Positions 28,680 to 38,455 of a DNA stretch of 64,000 nucleotides are shown piece by piece. A program made the position numbers and the translations under genes. A model generated the notes under the pieces. That model searched no databases. It saw nothing but the letters and a program-made list of their open reading frames with translations, and was not told the DNA's origin. The DNA is from Candidatus Kapaibacteriota bacterium (GTDB lineage Bacteria > Bacteroidota > Ignavibacteria > Kapaibacteriales > Kapaibacteriaceae): contig JBKJNB010000037.1 of NCBI GenBank assembly GCA_046595995.1, forward strand, positions 21,403 through 85,402. The letters are read 5' to 3'. Position 1 is the first letter of the stretch, and each line of letters opens with the position of its first letter.

Positions 28680-29330
28680 ATGCACATTGAACTTCAAGAT
28701 GTATCGGTTTCATATGGCGGCATCCCCGCATTGCGCAATGTGTCATTCGCACACACTGGCGGCACCGTTGTATTAACTGGTCCGAGCGGCGCCGGTAAGA
28801 CCACCTTGCTGCGCGTTATTATGGCTGACATACTTCCCACAACTGGCACGGTGCTCGTAGATGGGTCCGCCACGCAGAAACTGCGTGGCAGGGACATACG
28901 CACACTTCGCAAACGCTTAGGCATTGTGCATCAGCACTGTCGCCTTATCAGTGTCTACACCGTGTATCAGAACGTGATCATGCCTCTCGCACTTTCGGGC
29001 CTCTCGCGTGCTGATGCAAACAAACTCTGTCTCGAGCAACTCGCAGATCTTGGTATTAGCTATGTGCGCAACAAGCTGCCAGACCAACTTTCTGGTGGTG
29101 AGCGTCAGTTGGCAGGTATTGCTCGCGCACTCGTAACGAAGCCAGACGTGCTTATTGCAGATGAGCCAACGGGCACGTTAGACGATGGCACAACAGCAAC
29201 TGTCATTGACGTTTTGAAGAATGCGGCGGCACAGAATACCGGAGTGATCTTGTCCACGCACAGCACCTTACTAGCCGCGGCGTTTGCCGATGCAACGAAA
29301 GTGCAGATTCACGAAGGAAGTGTTGTATGA
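28680..29330 (+). CDS. ftsE: Cell-division ABC ATPase FtsE-like
   Basis: GPSGAGKTTLL, LRKRLGIVHQ, LSGGERQ and IADEPTGTLD. Confidence 0.75.
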   Translation: MHIELQDVSVSYGGIPALRNVSFAHTGGTVVLTGPSGAGKTTLLRVIMADILPTTGTVLVDGSATQKLRGRDIRTLRKRLGIVHQHCRLISVYTVYQNVIMPLALSGLSRADANKLCLEQLADLGISYVRNKLPDQLSGGERQLAGIARALVTKPDVLIADEPTGTLDDGTTATVIDVLKNAAAQNTGVILSTHSTLLAAAFADATKVQIHEGSVV

Positions 29331-30025
29331 CACGTGTTGTGTTGTTGGGTTATGGTGCGATGGGCCGTGAACTCGAACGACTTGCACCTGCGGCTGGATG
29401 TGTTGTAGTTGGAGTGTATGATGAGGCCAGGCCCATTACCGAACAATCGTCGGACGAATACGATGTGGCCATCGACTTCACGTTGCCACATGTCATTGCT
29501 ACGAACGTGAAGTCCGTATGTGCTCATCGTCGCAACATGGTAATCGGCACAACAGGTTGGTACGATAGAATGTCCGAAGTGATGGCGATGCAGACTGCTA
29601 CCGGAACCGGCATCGTTTGGGGATCGAACTTCAGCGTTGGCGTTCAGATGTTCTTTAGAGTTGTGCGTGAAGCTTCGCGGCTTGCTAATGCTCTGCCGGA
29701 ATACAGTGTGGCCATACGTGAGTGGCATCACACGCGAAAGAAAGACAGTCCAAGCGGTACGGCAGTCACGATGCGCAACATCGTGCTCAATGAAATGCCA
29801 CGGATAACATCCGTCGACATCGAATCGACGCGAGAAGGTGACATCGTTGGCAAACATGTCGCCGCGTTCATGGGCCCGCATGACACAATCGACATCATCC
29901 ATGACGCAGCCGACAGAGCAGGCTTTGCAATGGGTGCGCTTCAGGCGGCACGCTGGATACACGGACGCACCGGTTGGTACGACTTTACCGACGTCTTTGA
30001 ACAAGTAGTCGCCGCGCAGCCGTAA
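29327..30025 (+). CDS. dapB: 4-hydroxy-tetrahydrodipicolinate reductase
   Basis: GYGAMG, IDFTLP, IGTTGW, SNFSVG and EWHHTRKKDSPSGTA. Confidence 0.95.
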   Translation: MTRVVLLGYGAMGRELERLAPAAGCVVVGVYDEARPITEQSSDEYDVAIDFTLPHVIATNVKSVCAHRRNMVIGTTGWYDRMSEVMAMQTATGTGIVWGSNFSVGVQMFFRVVREASRLANALPEYSVAIREWHHTRKKDSPSGTAVTMRNIVLNEMPRITSVDIESTREGDIVGKHVAAFMGPHDTIDIIHDAADRAGFAMGALQAARWIHGRTGWYDFTDVFEQVVAAQP

Positions 30026-30042
30026 CCGACACCAACACACCG

Positions 30043-30483
30043 ATGCCCCAGATTCCTATATCATCCTTTTTCCTCGCCTGTGTAGCGTTTGCAATTCTGT
30101 CCGGCTGCGCATCTTCGAGTACGACGAACACCACAACCTCGCCGCCGAAGACTGAGACGACCATAGGGACACCGCGTCTGCGATTTAGTCCGCCTGTTCT
30201 TGTAACGACCCCCGACTCGCTGGGCTTTGTAACAGCGCGAGTGTACATACACAATGATGGTGGCGGCACACTCACGATGACTGAAGTCAAGGCATCATGC
30301 GGTTGCGCCGGGGCGTCGGTGCAGCGGCCCAAGGCAACTGCTACGGACTCAGGAATGATCTATCTCCAGATAAACGCGAAATCATTTACTCAAGACATCA
30401 ACAATGTCGACTTCTCCGTGAAGAGTAACGCCGACAACTCACCAACAGTCTTTCGCGCAATTATCCATCTCTCTAAGCCTTAA
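30043..30483 (+). CDS. DUF1573-like Ig-fold lipoprotein
   Basis: Lipobox LSG|C and the signature IHNDGGGTLTMTEVKASCGC. Confidence 0.75.
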   Translation: MPQIPISSFFLACVAFAILSGCASSSTTNTTTSPPKTETTIGTPRLRFSPPVLVTTPDSLGFVTARVYIHNDGGGTLTMTEVKASCGCAGASVQRPKATATDSGMIYLQINAKSFTQDINNVDFSVKSNADNSPTVFRAIIHLSKP

Positions 30484-30485
30484 CG

Positions 30486-30890
30486 ATGCAGTACTGGTTA
30501 GTAAAAACAGAACCCGATTGTTATCACTGGGACGCATTCGTTAAAGACAAGCGCACGATGTGGGATGGAGTGCGCAATTACCAGGCTCGCAATAACATGC
30601 AGGCCATGGAAGTGGGTGACACGGTGCTATTCTATCATACGGGCGATGAGAAGCAAGTCGTAGGCACCGCTAAGGTTCTAAAAACTGCTTACCCCGACCC
30701 CACAACAGACGAGCCTGCTTGGGTGGTTGTAGACTTAGCCCCGTTAAAGCCCCTTGAGAAACCCGTTACGCTTGCGCAGGTGAAGGGGCAAATGGGTCTT
30801 AAAGACATGGCTCTCGTAAAGAACGGTCGCCTGTCTGTGATTCCGGTCACCGAAGGTGAATACGAACTGATAATGTCACTCAGCAAATAG
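30486..30890 (+). CDS. EVE domain-containing protein
   Basis: YWLVKTEP, WDGVRNYQARNNM, GDTVLFYH and GRLSVIPVT. Confidence 0.93.
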   Translation: MQYWLVKTEPDCYHWDAFVKDKRTMWDGVRNYQARNNMQAMEVGDTVLFYHTGDEKQVVGTAKVLKTAYPDPTTDEPAWVVVDLAPLKPLEKPVTLAQVKGQMGLKDMALVKNGRLSVIPVTEGEYELIMSLSK

Positions 30891-30929
30891 CTGAGCGAGT
30901 GACTCATTCGCGGTTCGACCGTTAGACGA

Positions 30930-32363
30930 CTACTTCTGTAGACCCTTCCTCAACTGCTCTACGTCCTGACGGATCTTGCGATCGGTATCGATGTAGTTGA
31001 GGATTTGCTGGCAGGAGTGCAATACCGTTGTGTGATCGCGTCCGCCAAAGTGCATACCGATACTCTTAAGCGACATCTGCGTTAACTGCTTCGCAAGGTA
31101 CATGCACATCTGGCGTGCGAGAACAACCTCATGTTTGCGCGTCTTTGCTGAAAGCAGTGCGATGTCCTGGTTGTAGTACGCGCCGACTTCCTGCTTGATG
31201 TCGTCGATAGAAAGAATGCGTGTTGAAGGAGAGTTTGTAACGCCGCGGACAACTTCTTTCGCCAGTTCCAAGGTGAGTTCACGACCGTCAAGAGAGACCT
31301 TGGCGAGCAGCGAGATGAGGCAGCCTTCGAGTTCACGTACACTGCTTGACACATGTCTTGCAATGTACTCGAGTGTGTCACCAGGCAGGTCCATGCCTTC
31401 TTCCATGCTTTTCTGCTGGAGAATAGCCATCCGTGTTTCGAAATCGGGCGGCTGAATATCAGCTGTAAGCCCCCATTGGAAACGCGAGATCAGTCGTTCG
31501 TCGACGTCGGCGAGGTCTTTTGGCTGCTTGTCAGAGGTCAGAATTAGCTGACGTCCGGCCTGATGCAGGGCGTTGAACGTGTGGAAGAACATGTCCTGCG
31601 TCTTCTCCTTGCCACCAAGAAACTGAATGTCATCGACGATTAGGACATCAACACCGCGATAGAAATTCGTGAAATCAGCAACGCGATTTGTTTGAATTGC
31701 GTTGATGTACTCCATTGTAAACTTTTCCGAATTCGTGTACAACACCTTCGCATTGCGATTGCGTTGCAGAACGCGATTACCAATTGCTTGTACAAGGTGT
31801 GTTTTACCGAGACCCGTTGGACCGTAAATCACAAGTGGATTGTAACGTGTCTTGCCTGGGTTATCTGCAACAGCCATACCAGCCGACGTAGCTAACTGAT
31901 TGTTCTCGCCACGAATGAAATTGTCGAACGTGTAACGCGGATTGAAGTACGTAGGGTAGTGCGCAGATGGTTGCTTGGGTTGCTGTTGTTCACGTGGTGT
32001 TTCGCTGAACGGAATGGACGTTTGCCCAGCAGCAGCGCGGAATGCAGGCAGTTTGATTGTGCGCTGCTCTGCTGATGCATCGCCTTCTTCTACAACAACG
32101 TTGTATTGCAGACGCGCACGAGCTCCGAGAACTTTTTGAATAGTCTTCTGCAGCAGTGAACTATAGTGTTCTTCTATCCATTCGTAGAAGAATTGGCTTG
32201 GTACTTCTACCGTCAGTTGTGATCCGTCCCAGGTCAATGGACGAATTTGATCGAACCACGTTTTGAAGACCTGTTGTGATACGTTGTCGCGGATGATCAC
32301 CAAGCAACGGTCCCAAAGGGACTCTGCGTCGTTTGATGCGCCGCTGGTAGCGGAGCGCTGCAT
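30930..32363 (-). CDS. dnaA: Chromosomal replication initiator DnaA
   Basis: LWDRCL...FKTWF (domain I), FNPRYTFDNF, NPLVIYGPTGLGKTHL, VDDIQFL and domain IV SLKSIGMHFGGRDHTTVLH. Start ATG 32363 or 32423. Confidence 0.97.
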   Translation of the reverse strand: MQRSATSGASNDAESLWDRCLVIIRDNVSQQVFKTWFDQIRPLTWDGSQLTVEVPSQFFYEWIEEHYSSLLQKTIQKVLGARARLQYNVVVEEGDASAEQRTIKLPAFRAAAGQTSIPFSETPREQQQPKQPSAHYPTYFNPRYTFDNFIRGENNQLATSAGMAVADNPGKTRYNPLVIYGPTGLGKTHLVQAIGNRVLQRNRNAKVLYTNSEKFTMEYINAIQTNRVADFTNFYRGVDVLIVDDIQFLGGKEKTQDMFFHTFNALHQAGRQLILTSDKQPKDLADVDERLISRFQWGLTADIQPPDFETRMAILQQKSMEEGMDLPGDTLEYIARHVSSSVRELEGCLISLLAKVSLDGRELTLELAKEVVRGVTNSPSTRILSIDDIKQEVGAYYNQDIALLSAKTRKHEVVLARQMCMYLAKQLTQMSLKSIGMHFGGRDHTTVLHSCQQILNYIDTDRKIRQDVEQLRKGLQK

Positions 32364-32375
32364 GGTTGGAGTTGT

Positions 32376-32531
32376 TGTGAACAAGTTTAGCGTCTCAGAT
32401 TGTTTCAACCAGAAGTCCCTCATTGTGCGGTATGTCCGCTGGCGTGACCCATATCATCAGGGGGTGCAAATTTGGTCGCTGGAGTCTCATCTCAGCAAGG
32501 GAAAAAGGGGTCGATGTGAAAATAATTCACT
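32376..32531. promoter_or_regulatory. Two near-consensus DnaA boxes and an inverted repeat in the dnaA-tatC divergent region
   Basis: TGTGAACAA (32376-84) and TGTGAAAAT (32515-23) each have one mismatch to TGTGNAWAA. GTGAA-AATAA-TTCAC at 32516-32530. Confidence 0.4.
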
Positions 32532-32598
32532 TGCATTTGTCAGCGTTAACGCAACAGGCAACAATACCAACGAGTTCGACTCCGTATCTTCGCGCCGC

Positions 32599-33348
32599 AT
32601 GACAGACACACCACCGAAAGAAGCACGCACCGGATTCGAGATGAGTTTTCTAGGTCATTTGGAGGAACTCAGGTCTCGATTATTCAAAGGAGCAATCGGC
32701 CTAGTCGTCGGCTGCATCGTCGCCGCGTACTTCCGAGAATGGATTCTTGACGAAGTCTTATTGCGTCCCGCACTGAACGCAGGGCTCAAACTGCAGAATA
32801 TTGAGCCGTTCGGACAAGCGTTTCTCTATTTCAAGGTGGTATTTTTTTCTGGACTCGTGCTTTCTTTGCCGTGGTTGCTGTACCAAGTGTGGTCTTTTGT
32901 CGCACCAGGGCTGTACAGCCACGAGCGGCGGTGGGCGCGGTGGGTAACGTTCCTCACCACACTCTGCTTTATGTCGGGGCTTGCGTTTTCGTTCTTCCTG
33001 TTAATTCCGGGGATGATTGATTACATCGGAAAGATGGCTAACCCACACATCACCGATAACATCACAACGACGTTCTACTTCTCGTTCTACATCAATACGC
33101 TCCTCGCTTGCGGATTCGTCTTCGAAATTCCAATGGTTACGTGGGTGCTTGCCAAGATGGGTATTGTGTCATCAGCGGCAATGAGCAAATACCGCCGACA
33201 CGCCGCGGTAGTGATCCTTATTCTTGCGGCCGTGATAACGCCCTCCCCCGATTTTATTCTGCAGATAATGGTCGCAGCACCGATCTACATACTGTATGAA
33301 GCAAGCGTGGTGATTGCCCGTCTCGCGTACAAGAAGCGCGACGAATGA
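32599..33348 (+). CDS. tatC: Twin-arginine translocase subunit TatC
   Basis: MSFLGHLEELRSRL, YQVWSFVAPGLY, FEIP and AAVITPSPD. ATG 32599 lies 6 nt after a TATCTTCG element. Confidence 0.95.
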   Translation: MTDTPPKEARTGFEMSFLGHLEELRSRLFKGAIGLVVGCIVAAYFREWILDEVLLRPALNAGLKLQNIEPFGQAFLYFKVVFFSGLVLSLPWLLYQVWSFVAPGLYSHERRWARWVTFLTTLCFMSGLAFSFFLLIPGMIDYIGKMANPHITDNITTTFYFSFYINTLLACGFVFEIPMVTWVLAKMGIVSSAAMSKYRRHAAVVILILAAVITPSPDFILQIMVAAPIYILYEASVVIARLAYKKRDE

Positions 33349-34331
33349 GTAGAGATATCTCCCTAACTGACATTGGCGCGCCGGTAGCTGCAGAGCTCGA
33401 GGCATTGAATGGCTATCTGCGTACGCTCATGAAGTCGCGTACGGCCTTGCTAGACACTGTGATACGCTATATCATTCGGCAGCGCGGCAAACGCGTCAGA
33501 CCAACCCTAGTGTATCTGTCAGCCGGCATGTGTGGCGGCATCTCGCCCCGTTCAGACATCGCGGCAGCGATGGTCGAGCTCCTTCACACGGCGACATTGG
33601 TTCATGACGATGTTGTCGACGAAGCTGACCAGCGAAGGGGCGTGGCCTCGATTAACGCCGTATGGAAAAACAAGGTTGCGGTTCTTGTCGGTGACTACCT
33701 GCTCTCTCGCGGCCTTCTGGTGGCTGTTCAAAACAAAGAGTTCGATTTTCTGAGCATTACCTCCGAAGCAGTGCGCCGTATGAGCGAAGGCGAACTGTTG
33801 CAGATTCAAAAGTCCAGACAAAAGAACATCGACGAAGAGACGTACTTCCGCATCATCTCCGATAAGACTGCGAGCCTGCTGTCAACCTGCTGCGAGATTG
33901 GTGCCGTTAGTGCAACGGGCAGCGAAGAGGTTCGCCATGCGCTCAAGTCATACGGTGAACTGGTTGGTCTCGCGTATCAGATACGCGACGATGTGCTCGA
34001 CTACGAGAGCAGATCGGCCATTCTTGGGAAACCCGTTGGCAAAGACATTAGAGATAGGAAAATCACCCTACCACTCCTGTATGCAAGCCAGGCGGCACCT
34101 AAAGGTGAGGGCAAGGCAATCATTGCAATGGTGAAAAGACGTAGTCCAAAACAGAAGGAAGTGACGACCGTCATAGAGTTCGTCCGCAAGTATGACGGCA
34201 CCGGCAAGGCGCAACTCAAAGCCCTATCTCTCAGTCAGGAAGCCGTTCAACACATTACTTCGTTCCCCGATTCAGTCTACAAAAGTGCCTTGGTTGACTT
34301 TGCTAACTTTGTCGTGACGCGGACGAAGTAG
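33345..34331 (+). CDS. ispB: Long-chain polyprenyl diphosphate synthase (IspB/HepT type)
   Basis: GKRVRP, LVHDDVVD...RRG and QIRDDVLD...GKPVGKDI. Confidence 0.85.
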   Translation: MSRDISLTDIGAPVAAELEALNGYLRTLMKSRTALLDTVIRYIIRQRGKRVRPTLVYLSAGMCGGISPRSDIAAAMVELLHTATLVHDDVVDEADQRRGVASINAVWKNKVAVLVGDYLLSRGLLVAVQNKEFDFLSITSEAVRRMSEGELLQIQKSRQKNIDEETYFRIISDKTASLLSTCCEIGAVSATGSEEVRHALKSYGELVGLAYQIRDDVLDYESRSAILGKPVGKDIRDRKITLPLLYASQAAPKGEGKAIIAMVKRRSPKQKEVTTVIEFVRKYDGTGKAQLKALSLSQEAVQHITSFPDSVYKSALVDFANFVVTRTK

Positions 34332-34351
34332 AACATTCTCGGAGACTTCAC

Positions 34352-35053
34352 ATGGATTCAATCCGCCCTCAAGCATTCGGCGCTGTAGTTGCCGCCGACG
34401 ATCTTCGTGCCTACGTTCAACGCGTTTATGCGTGGATGGTAGGCGGACTCATCACGACGTCCGTCACGGCCTGGATCGTCTTTCAGTTCCCTGCGCTACA
34501 ACAACTGATCTTCGGTACACCGCTTATGTGGGTCGTATTGTTCGCCCCCCTCATCATGGTGTTTATTCTGTCGTCACGCATCGATACAATGAAGCCCAGC
34601 ACCGCCGCTGGTCTATTCATTGCCTACTCGCTCGTGAACGGACTCTCGTTCTCCATGATCTTCATGCTATATGAACTGGGAAGCATCTTTCAGGTCTTCG
34701 GCATCGCCGCTGGCATGTATGGTGCGGCTGCGTGCTACGGGTACTTCACGAAGCGTGACCTCACTGGCATCGGCTCGTTCCTCTTCATGGGTCTCATAGG
34801 CCTCATCCTTGCTATGGTGGTGAACATTTTCCTCGGCAGCAACGTGATGGAGTTTGCGATAAGTGTTATTGGTGTTCTAATCTTCACTGGTCTCACCGCA
34901 TACGACATGAACCGCCTTAAGAACCAGGCAATCGTGATGTACGCTGGCGAAGGTGCCGCTGCAAAGCGCTCCATCCTCACTGCTCTCAGCCTTTACCTGA
35001 ACTTCCTGAACATCTTCCTCTTCCTGCTTCGCTTACTCGGTAGCCGTCGGTGA
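34352..35053 (+). CDS. Bax inhibitor-1/YccA (YbhL) family membrane protein
   Basis: VQRVYAWM, TKRDLTGIGSFL, FTGLTAYD and LSLYLNFLNIFLFLLRLLG. Confidence 0.92.
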   Translation: MDSIRPQAFGAVVAADDLRAYVQRVYAWMVGGLITTSVTAWIVFQFPALQQLIFGTPLMWVVLFAPLIMVFILSSRIDTMKPSTAAGLFIAYSLVNGLSFSMIFMLYELGSIFQVFGIAAGMYGAAACYGYFTKRDLTGIGSFLFMGLIGLILAMVVNIFLGSNVMEFAISVIGVLIFTGLTAYDMNRLKNQAIVMYAGEGAAAKRSILTALSLYLNFLNIFLFLLRLLGSRR

Positions 35054-35922
35054 ACTCCTCGCGACTGCATGCTGCGTTTGCCATGGATGCATCAGTTCTC
35101 CTCGAGAACGGTGCAGCAAATGATGCCGCATTGCTGTGTGTATCCGGACTCGGCATGTATCCGGATTATTTAGGGGGCTACGTTCTGCTGTCGCGAGCCT
35201 ACGATGCTCTTGGTCGTCCGCTCGACGCACGCATCATCCTTGAAGAAGCACAACGTCGATTTCCGTCGTTCATCCCAACAGCCACCGTCGAAGCAGCGTT
35301 AGTACCGCTGGCACCTCCTGAGCCCCGTCGCGTAGCGCCCCATGCTACGTCTACATCCCCACTAAGGATTATTGACACTGCACAGATTCTTGACGATACG
35401 CGCATCATTCGCAGCGCTAGTGTGCGGTTGATACCTGGACTTGAGTTTACGACGCTGAGATTTGAAGGCACGAAGACACGCGGACGTCGCGAGATTCAGA
35501 CGCTGCTAGATCCTCCACCCTTCCGACGTTTTCATCCTGCACGAAGAGTGTTGCAACCGGTATCGCAGCAGTCACAACCATCGGGCCCAACAGCATCACA
35601 TCCGAAGCCCGCGACGAAGCCTCTGTCGCTCGAAGAATTGGCAAATCGGCTCGAGCGCGCACGCATGCCACGTTCCGGAGAAGCACTGACACCGATGGCC
35701 TCGGCTACACAGACGACGCATGTAGTCGTGCCCACGTCAGCGAGCCTGGGACTGCCGCGACAACAGATGGTAATTACTGAAACCATCGCTCGCATATACA
35801 TGCAACAAGGTGCGTACGACAAGGCCATCGACGCATTCACCGCGTTAGCCGTCAGCAAGCCCGAGAAGAACGAAGAGTATCAACGCATTATCGCAGAGCT
35901 AACGACTAAGCTCAATAGTTGA
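35050..35922 (+). CDS. Hypothetical protein with N- and C-terminal TPR-like segments and a Pro/Gln-rich linker
   Basis: YPDYLGGYVLLSRAYDALG...A and TETIARIYMQQGAYDKAI...KPEK. Start and stop overlap both neighbours. Confidence 0.6.
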   Translation: MNSSRLHAAFAMDASVLLENGAANDAALLCVSGLGMYPDYLGGYVLLSRAYDALGRPLDARIILEEAQRRFPSFIPTATVEAALVPLAPPEPRRVAPHATSTSPLRIIDTAQILDDTRIIRSASVRLIPGLEFTTLRFEGTKTRGRREIQTLLDPPPFRRFHPARRVLQPVSQQSQPSGPTASHPKPATKPLSLEELANRLERARMPRSGEALTPMASATQTTHVVVPTSASLGLPRQQMVITETIARIYMQQGAYDKAIDAFTALAVSKPEKNEEYQRIIAELTTKLNS

Positions 35923-37280
35923 TGCTCATCTGGCGCTACATCCTACGCTCACACGTTGCACCGTTCTTCTTCGGGACGACCACAATCATGGCACTCTTTC
36001 TACTGCAGTATCTCATGCGGTGGATTGATCAGCTCGCCAGTAAGGGCATCGACTTTATTACCATCGGCGAATTCGTAGCCTTGAATCTCTCGTGGATACT
36101 TGTCCTTGCTGTACCCATTGGCGTCCTCTTCAGCACGCTCATGGCCTTCGGCTCAATGTCTGCTGCACATGAGATAACGGTGCTCAAAGCGAGTGGAATG
36201 GGACTCTTTCGCATGATGGTCCCCGTGATTGTTATGGGGCTCTGCGTTACGGGGCTGGTGTTTTACTATACCGACAATGTGCTTCCAGATACGAACCTGC
36301 GCCTTAGTACGATGATGCGTGACATCACGCGTACGAAGCCGACGTTTGCCATCGATGCGGGGCAGTTCACGACACAGATGGAAGGCTTTACCATTCTTGC
36401 TCGGCGTGTTGACACGACGGGCATGTTATTTGGTGTCACGATCTACGACAACTCGAAGGCAGATAGAACGAATGTTGTTAGTGCGGATACCGGTCGGCTA
36501 GGATTTTCGCCATCGCTAACGAAGATGGTGCTGAATCTCGACCATGGTGAGATTCACCAGTTGAACAAACGGAAACCGACAGACTACAGAGTCATTACGT
36601 TCGAGCATCATCAGTTAACAATGGACGCAGAACAATTTTTCTATGAGCAGACAGACGCCTCGGGCTCTTCACGCGGCGATCGGGAGATGCGTATATCTGA
36701 GATGAAGGCCATCATTCGCCGTTCCGATACCATTGTACATGACGCTAACCGTCAGTTCGATTCTCTACTTAATAAACATGTTCAGTATCTGATGGGAGCA
36801 GGCGTGCCGGGCACGACAGATACGGTGTACGCACGTAGTCGGTCGCTTACGGTTGCAAGTTCCGCGCGTGCGAGCATTGAGGGTGCTGCCTTTCGTCGTG
36901 GAGCCGAACAGGCTACGATTAATAAGTATGAAGTTGAGATTTACAAGAAGTATGCAATCCCTGCGGCCTGCATTCTGTTTGTCTTCGTAGGATGTCCGCT
37001 GGGCATCCTTACCAAAGGCGGCAACTTCGGTTTAAGCGCGGCAATTTCCCTCGGTTTCTACGTGTTATACTGGGTATCGCTCATCGGTGGCGAAAAGCTC
37101 GCAGACCGAGGGCTTCTTTCACCGGCAGTAGCGATGTGGCTTGGCAATGGGTTGCTGGCCATTTTCGGAATCATAGTGACGATTAAGGTGAACTATGAAA
37201 CCACGCCACTAAAGGCGCTGCTGTTCTGGATGCGTTCGCGCGGACGTTCGACGCAGCCTCTACCAAACCAGACTGTCTAA
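35919..37280 (+). CDS. LptF/LptG family LPS export permease
   Basis: IWRYILRSH, EITVLKASG, EIYKKYAIPAAC, GCPLG and AMWLGN. Confidence 0.9.
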   Translation: MMLIWRYILRSHVAPFFFGTTTIMALFLLQYLMRWIDQLASKGIDFITIGEFVALNLSWILVLAVPIGVLFSTLMAFGSMSAAHEITVLKASGMGLFRMMVPVIVMGLCVTGLVFYYTDNVLPDTNLRLSTMMRDITRTKPTFAIDAGQFTTQMEGFTILARRVDTTGMLFGVTIYDNSKADRTNVVSADTGRLGFSPSLTKMVLNLDHGEIHQLNKRKPTDYRVITFEHHQLTMDAEQFFYEQTDASGSSRGDREMRISEMKAIIRRSDTIVHDANRQFDSLLNKHVQYLMGAGVPGTTDTVYARSRSLTVASSARASIEGAAFRRGAEQATINKYEVEIYKKYAIPAACILFVFVGCPLGILTKGGNFGLSAAISLGFYVLYWVSLIGGEKLADRGLLSPAVAMWLGNGLLAIFGIIVTIKVNYETTPLKALLFWMRSRGRSTQPLPNQTV

Positions 37281-38423
37281 CGCCATGCTTGCCTTAGCGA
37301 AAGCCAGGTCTATGGTGTCGGCAGTCGCAGTCAAGTGACCCATCTTGCGCCCTATACGCGAGTCTTTCTTGCCATAGAGATGCAGCGATACTTGTGGCAC
37401 GCGTAATGTTTCGATGACATCGTCTGGTATGCCACTACCTGTACGTTCTCCCAACAGATTGATCATGCACGCAGCACCAACCTGCATCTCAGCAGATCCG
37501 AGGGGCATGTTCGTAACAGCGCGTACGAGATTCTCAAACTGTGATGTATAACATGCTTCAATGGTATAGTGCCCACTGTTGTGCGGCCGAGGCGCAATTT
37601 CATTGAACAGTATTCTGTCGTCCGTCGTCAGGAACATCTCTACGCCAAACACACCAACGCCATTCACAGATTCGACGCAACGAAGAGCAAGTGCCTGAGC
37701 CTTCCGCTGAAGATCTTCTTCGATTGGCGCCGGCGCAAGAACCGTCACGCAAATGTGTCCTTGCTGAATCGTCTGCACACATGGGTACACAGCAGTTTCG
37801 CCGCGACGATTGCGCGCCACCATTACTGCAAGCTCCTTCGTAAAGGTTACGAAGGCCTCGGCCATTAACGGACGGGGCTCTTCACCCTCCATAAATCGCC
37901 GCCAAACCATGTCGATCTCAGTCGCACGCTTTACTGTTGCATTGCCATAGCCATCATAACCATACTTGCGAGTCTTCACGACGAATGGATATCCATGACT
38001 TTTGCCGAAGGCGTGAAGATCGTCTACGGATGTTATCTCTGCGAACGCAGTAGTAGGAACATCGGCACGGACAAAAGTCTGCTTCTGCACGAGCTTGTCC
38101 TGCACCAACAGCATTGTATCAGCCGAAGGCCAGACCAGTCTACGTTGCGCAATTTCTTCGAGTATGCTCACATCAATGAACTCGTTCTCTAGTGTTACAA
38201 CATCACTCGCCTTGATGAAGGCATCGAGCTGAGCCCCGTCTTTCCAGCCCCCTGCAAACTCAAGCTTCGTCATGACACCCGCAGGCGAGTCTTGGCCATG
38301 TTCGATGATTGCAACACGCATACCCATGCGATATGCCGCCTGCGCCGTCATCTTGGCAAGCTGTCCGCCTCCTAGAATGCCAAGGGTGAAAGGGGCTTGA
38401 GGGTTGTAGATACTAGGTAGCAC
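37260..38423 (-). CDS. purK: N5-carboxyaminoimidazole ribonucleotide synthase
   Basis: GILGGGQLAKM, GYDGYG, NEIAPRPHNSGH and YGK...GRKMGH. Confidence 0.96.
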   Translation of the reverse strand: MLPSIYNPQAPFTLGILGGGQLAKMTAQAAYRMGMRVAIIEHGQDSPAGVMTKLEFAGGWKDGAQLDAFIKASDVVTLENEFIDVSILEEIAQRRLVWPSADTMLLVQDKLVQKQTFVRADVPTTAFAEITSVDDLHAFGKSHGYPFVVKTRKYGYDGYGNATVKRATEIDMVWRRFMEGEEPRPLMAEAFVTFTKELAVMVARNRRGETAVYPCVQTIQQGHICVTVLAPAPIEEDLQRKAQALALRCVESVNGVGVFGVEMFLTTDDRILFNEIAPRPHNSGHYTIEACYTSQFENLVRAVTNMPLGSAEMQVGAACMINLLGERTGSGIPDDVIETLRVPQVSLHLYGKKDSRIGRKMGHLTATADTIDLAFAKASMALDSLVW

Positions 38424-38455
38424 AGATCAAAGCAGTAAAGTTTGAGAGAACAACA

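Noticed and set aside
30879-30911. Intrinsic terminator between the EVE gene and dnaA
   Set aside because: Two small hairpins are present (CTCAGC/GCTGAG and GCGAGTG/CATTCGC) but neither has a U-tract, so support is too weak.
32263-32598. 112-aa N-terminal extension of tatC in the ORF track
   Set aside because: It overlaps dnaA on the opposite strand. TatC homology and a -7 element point to ATG 32599.
32364-32598. oriC call
   Set aside because: Only two imperfect DnaA boxes and no extended AT-rich unwinding element; skew cannot be judged from this window.
11467-33348. Functional tat locus linking tatD and tatC
   Set aside because: They are about 20 kb apart in unrelated operons, and TatD is not part of the Tat translocase.
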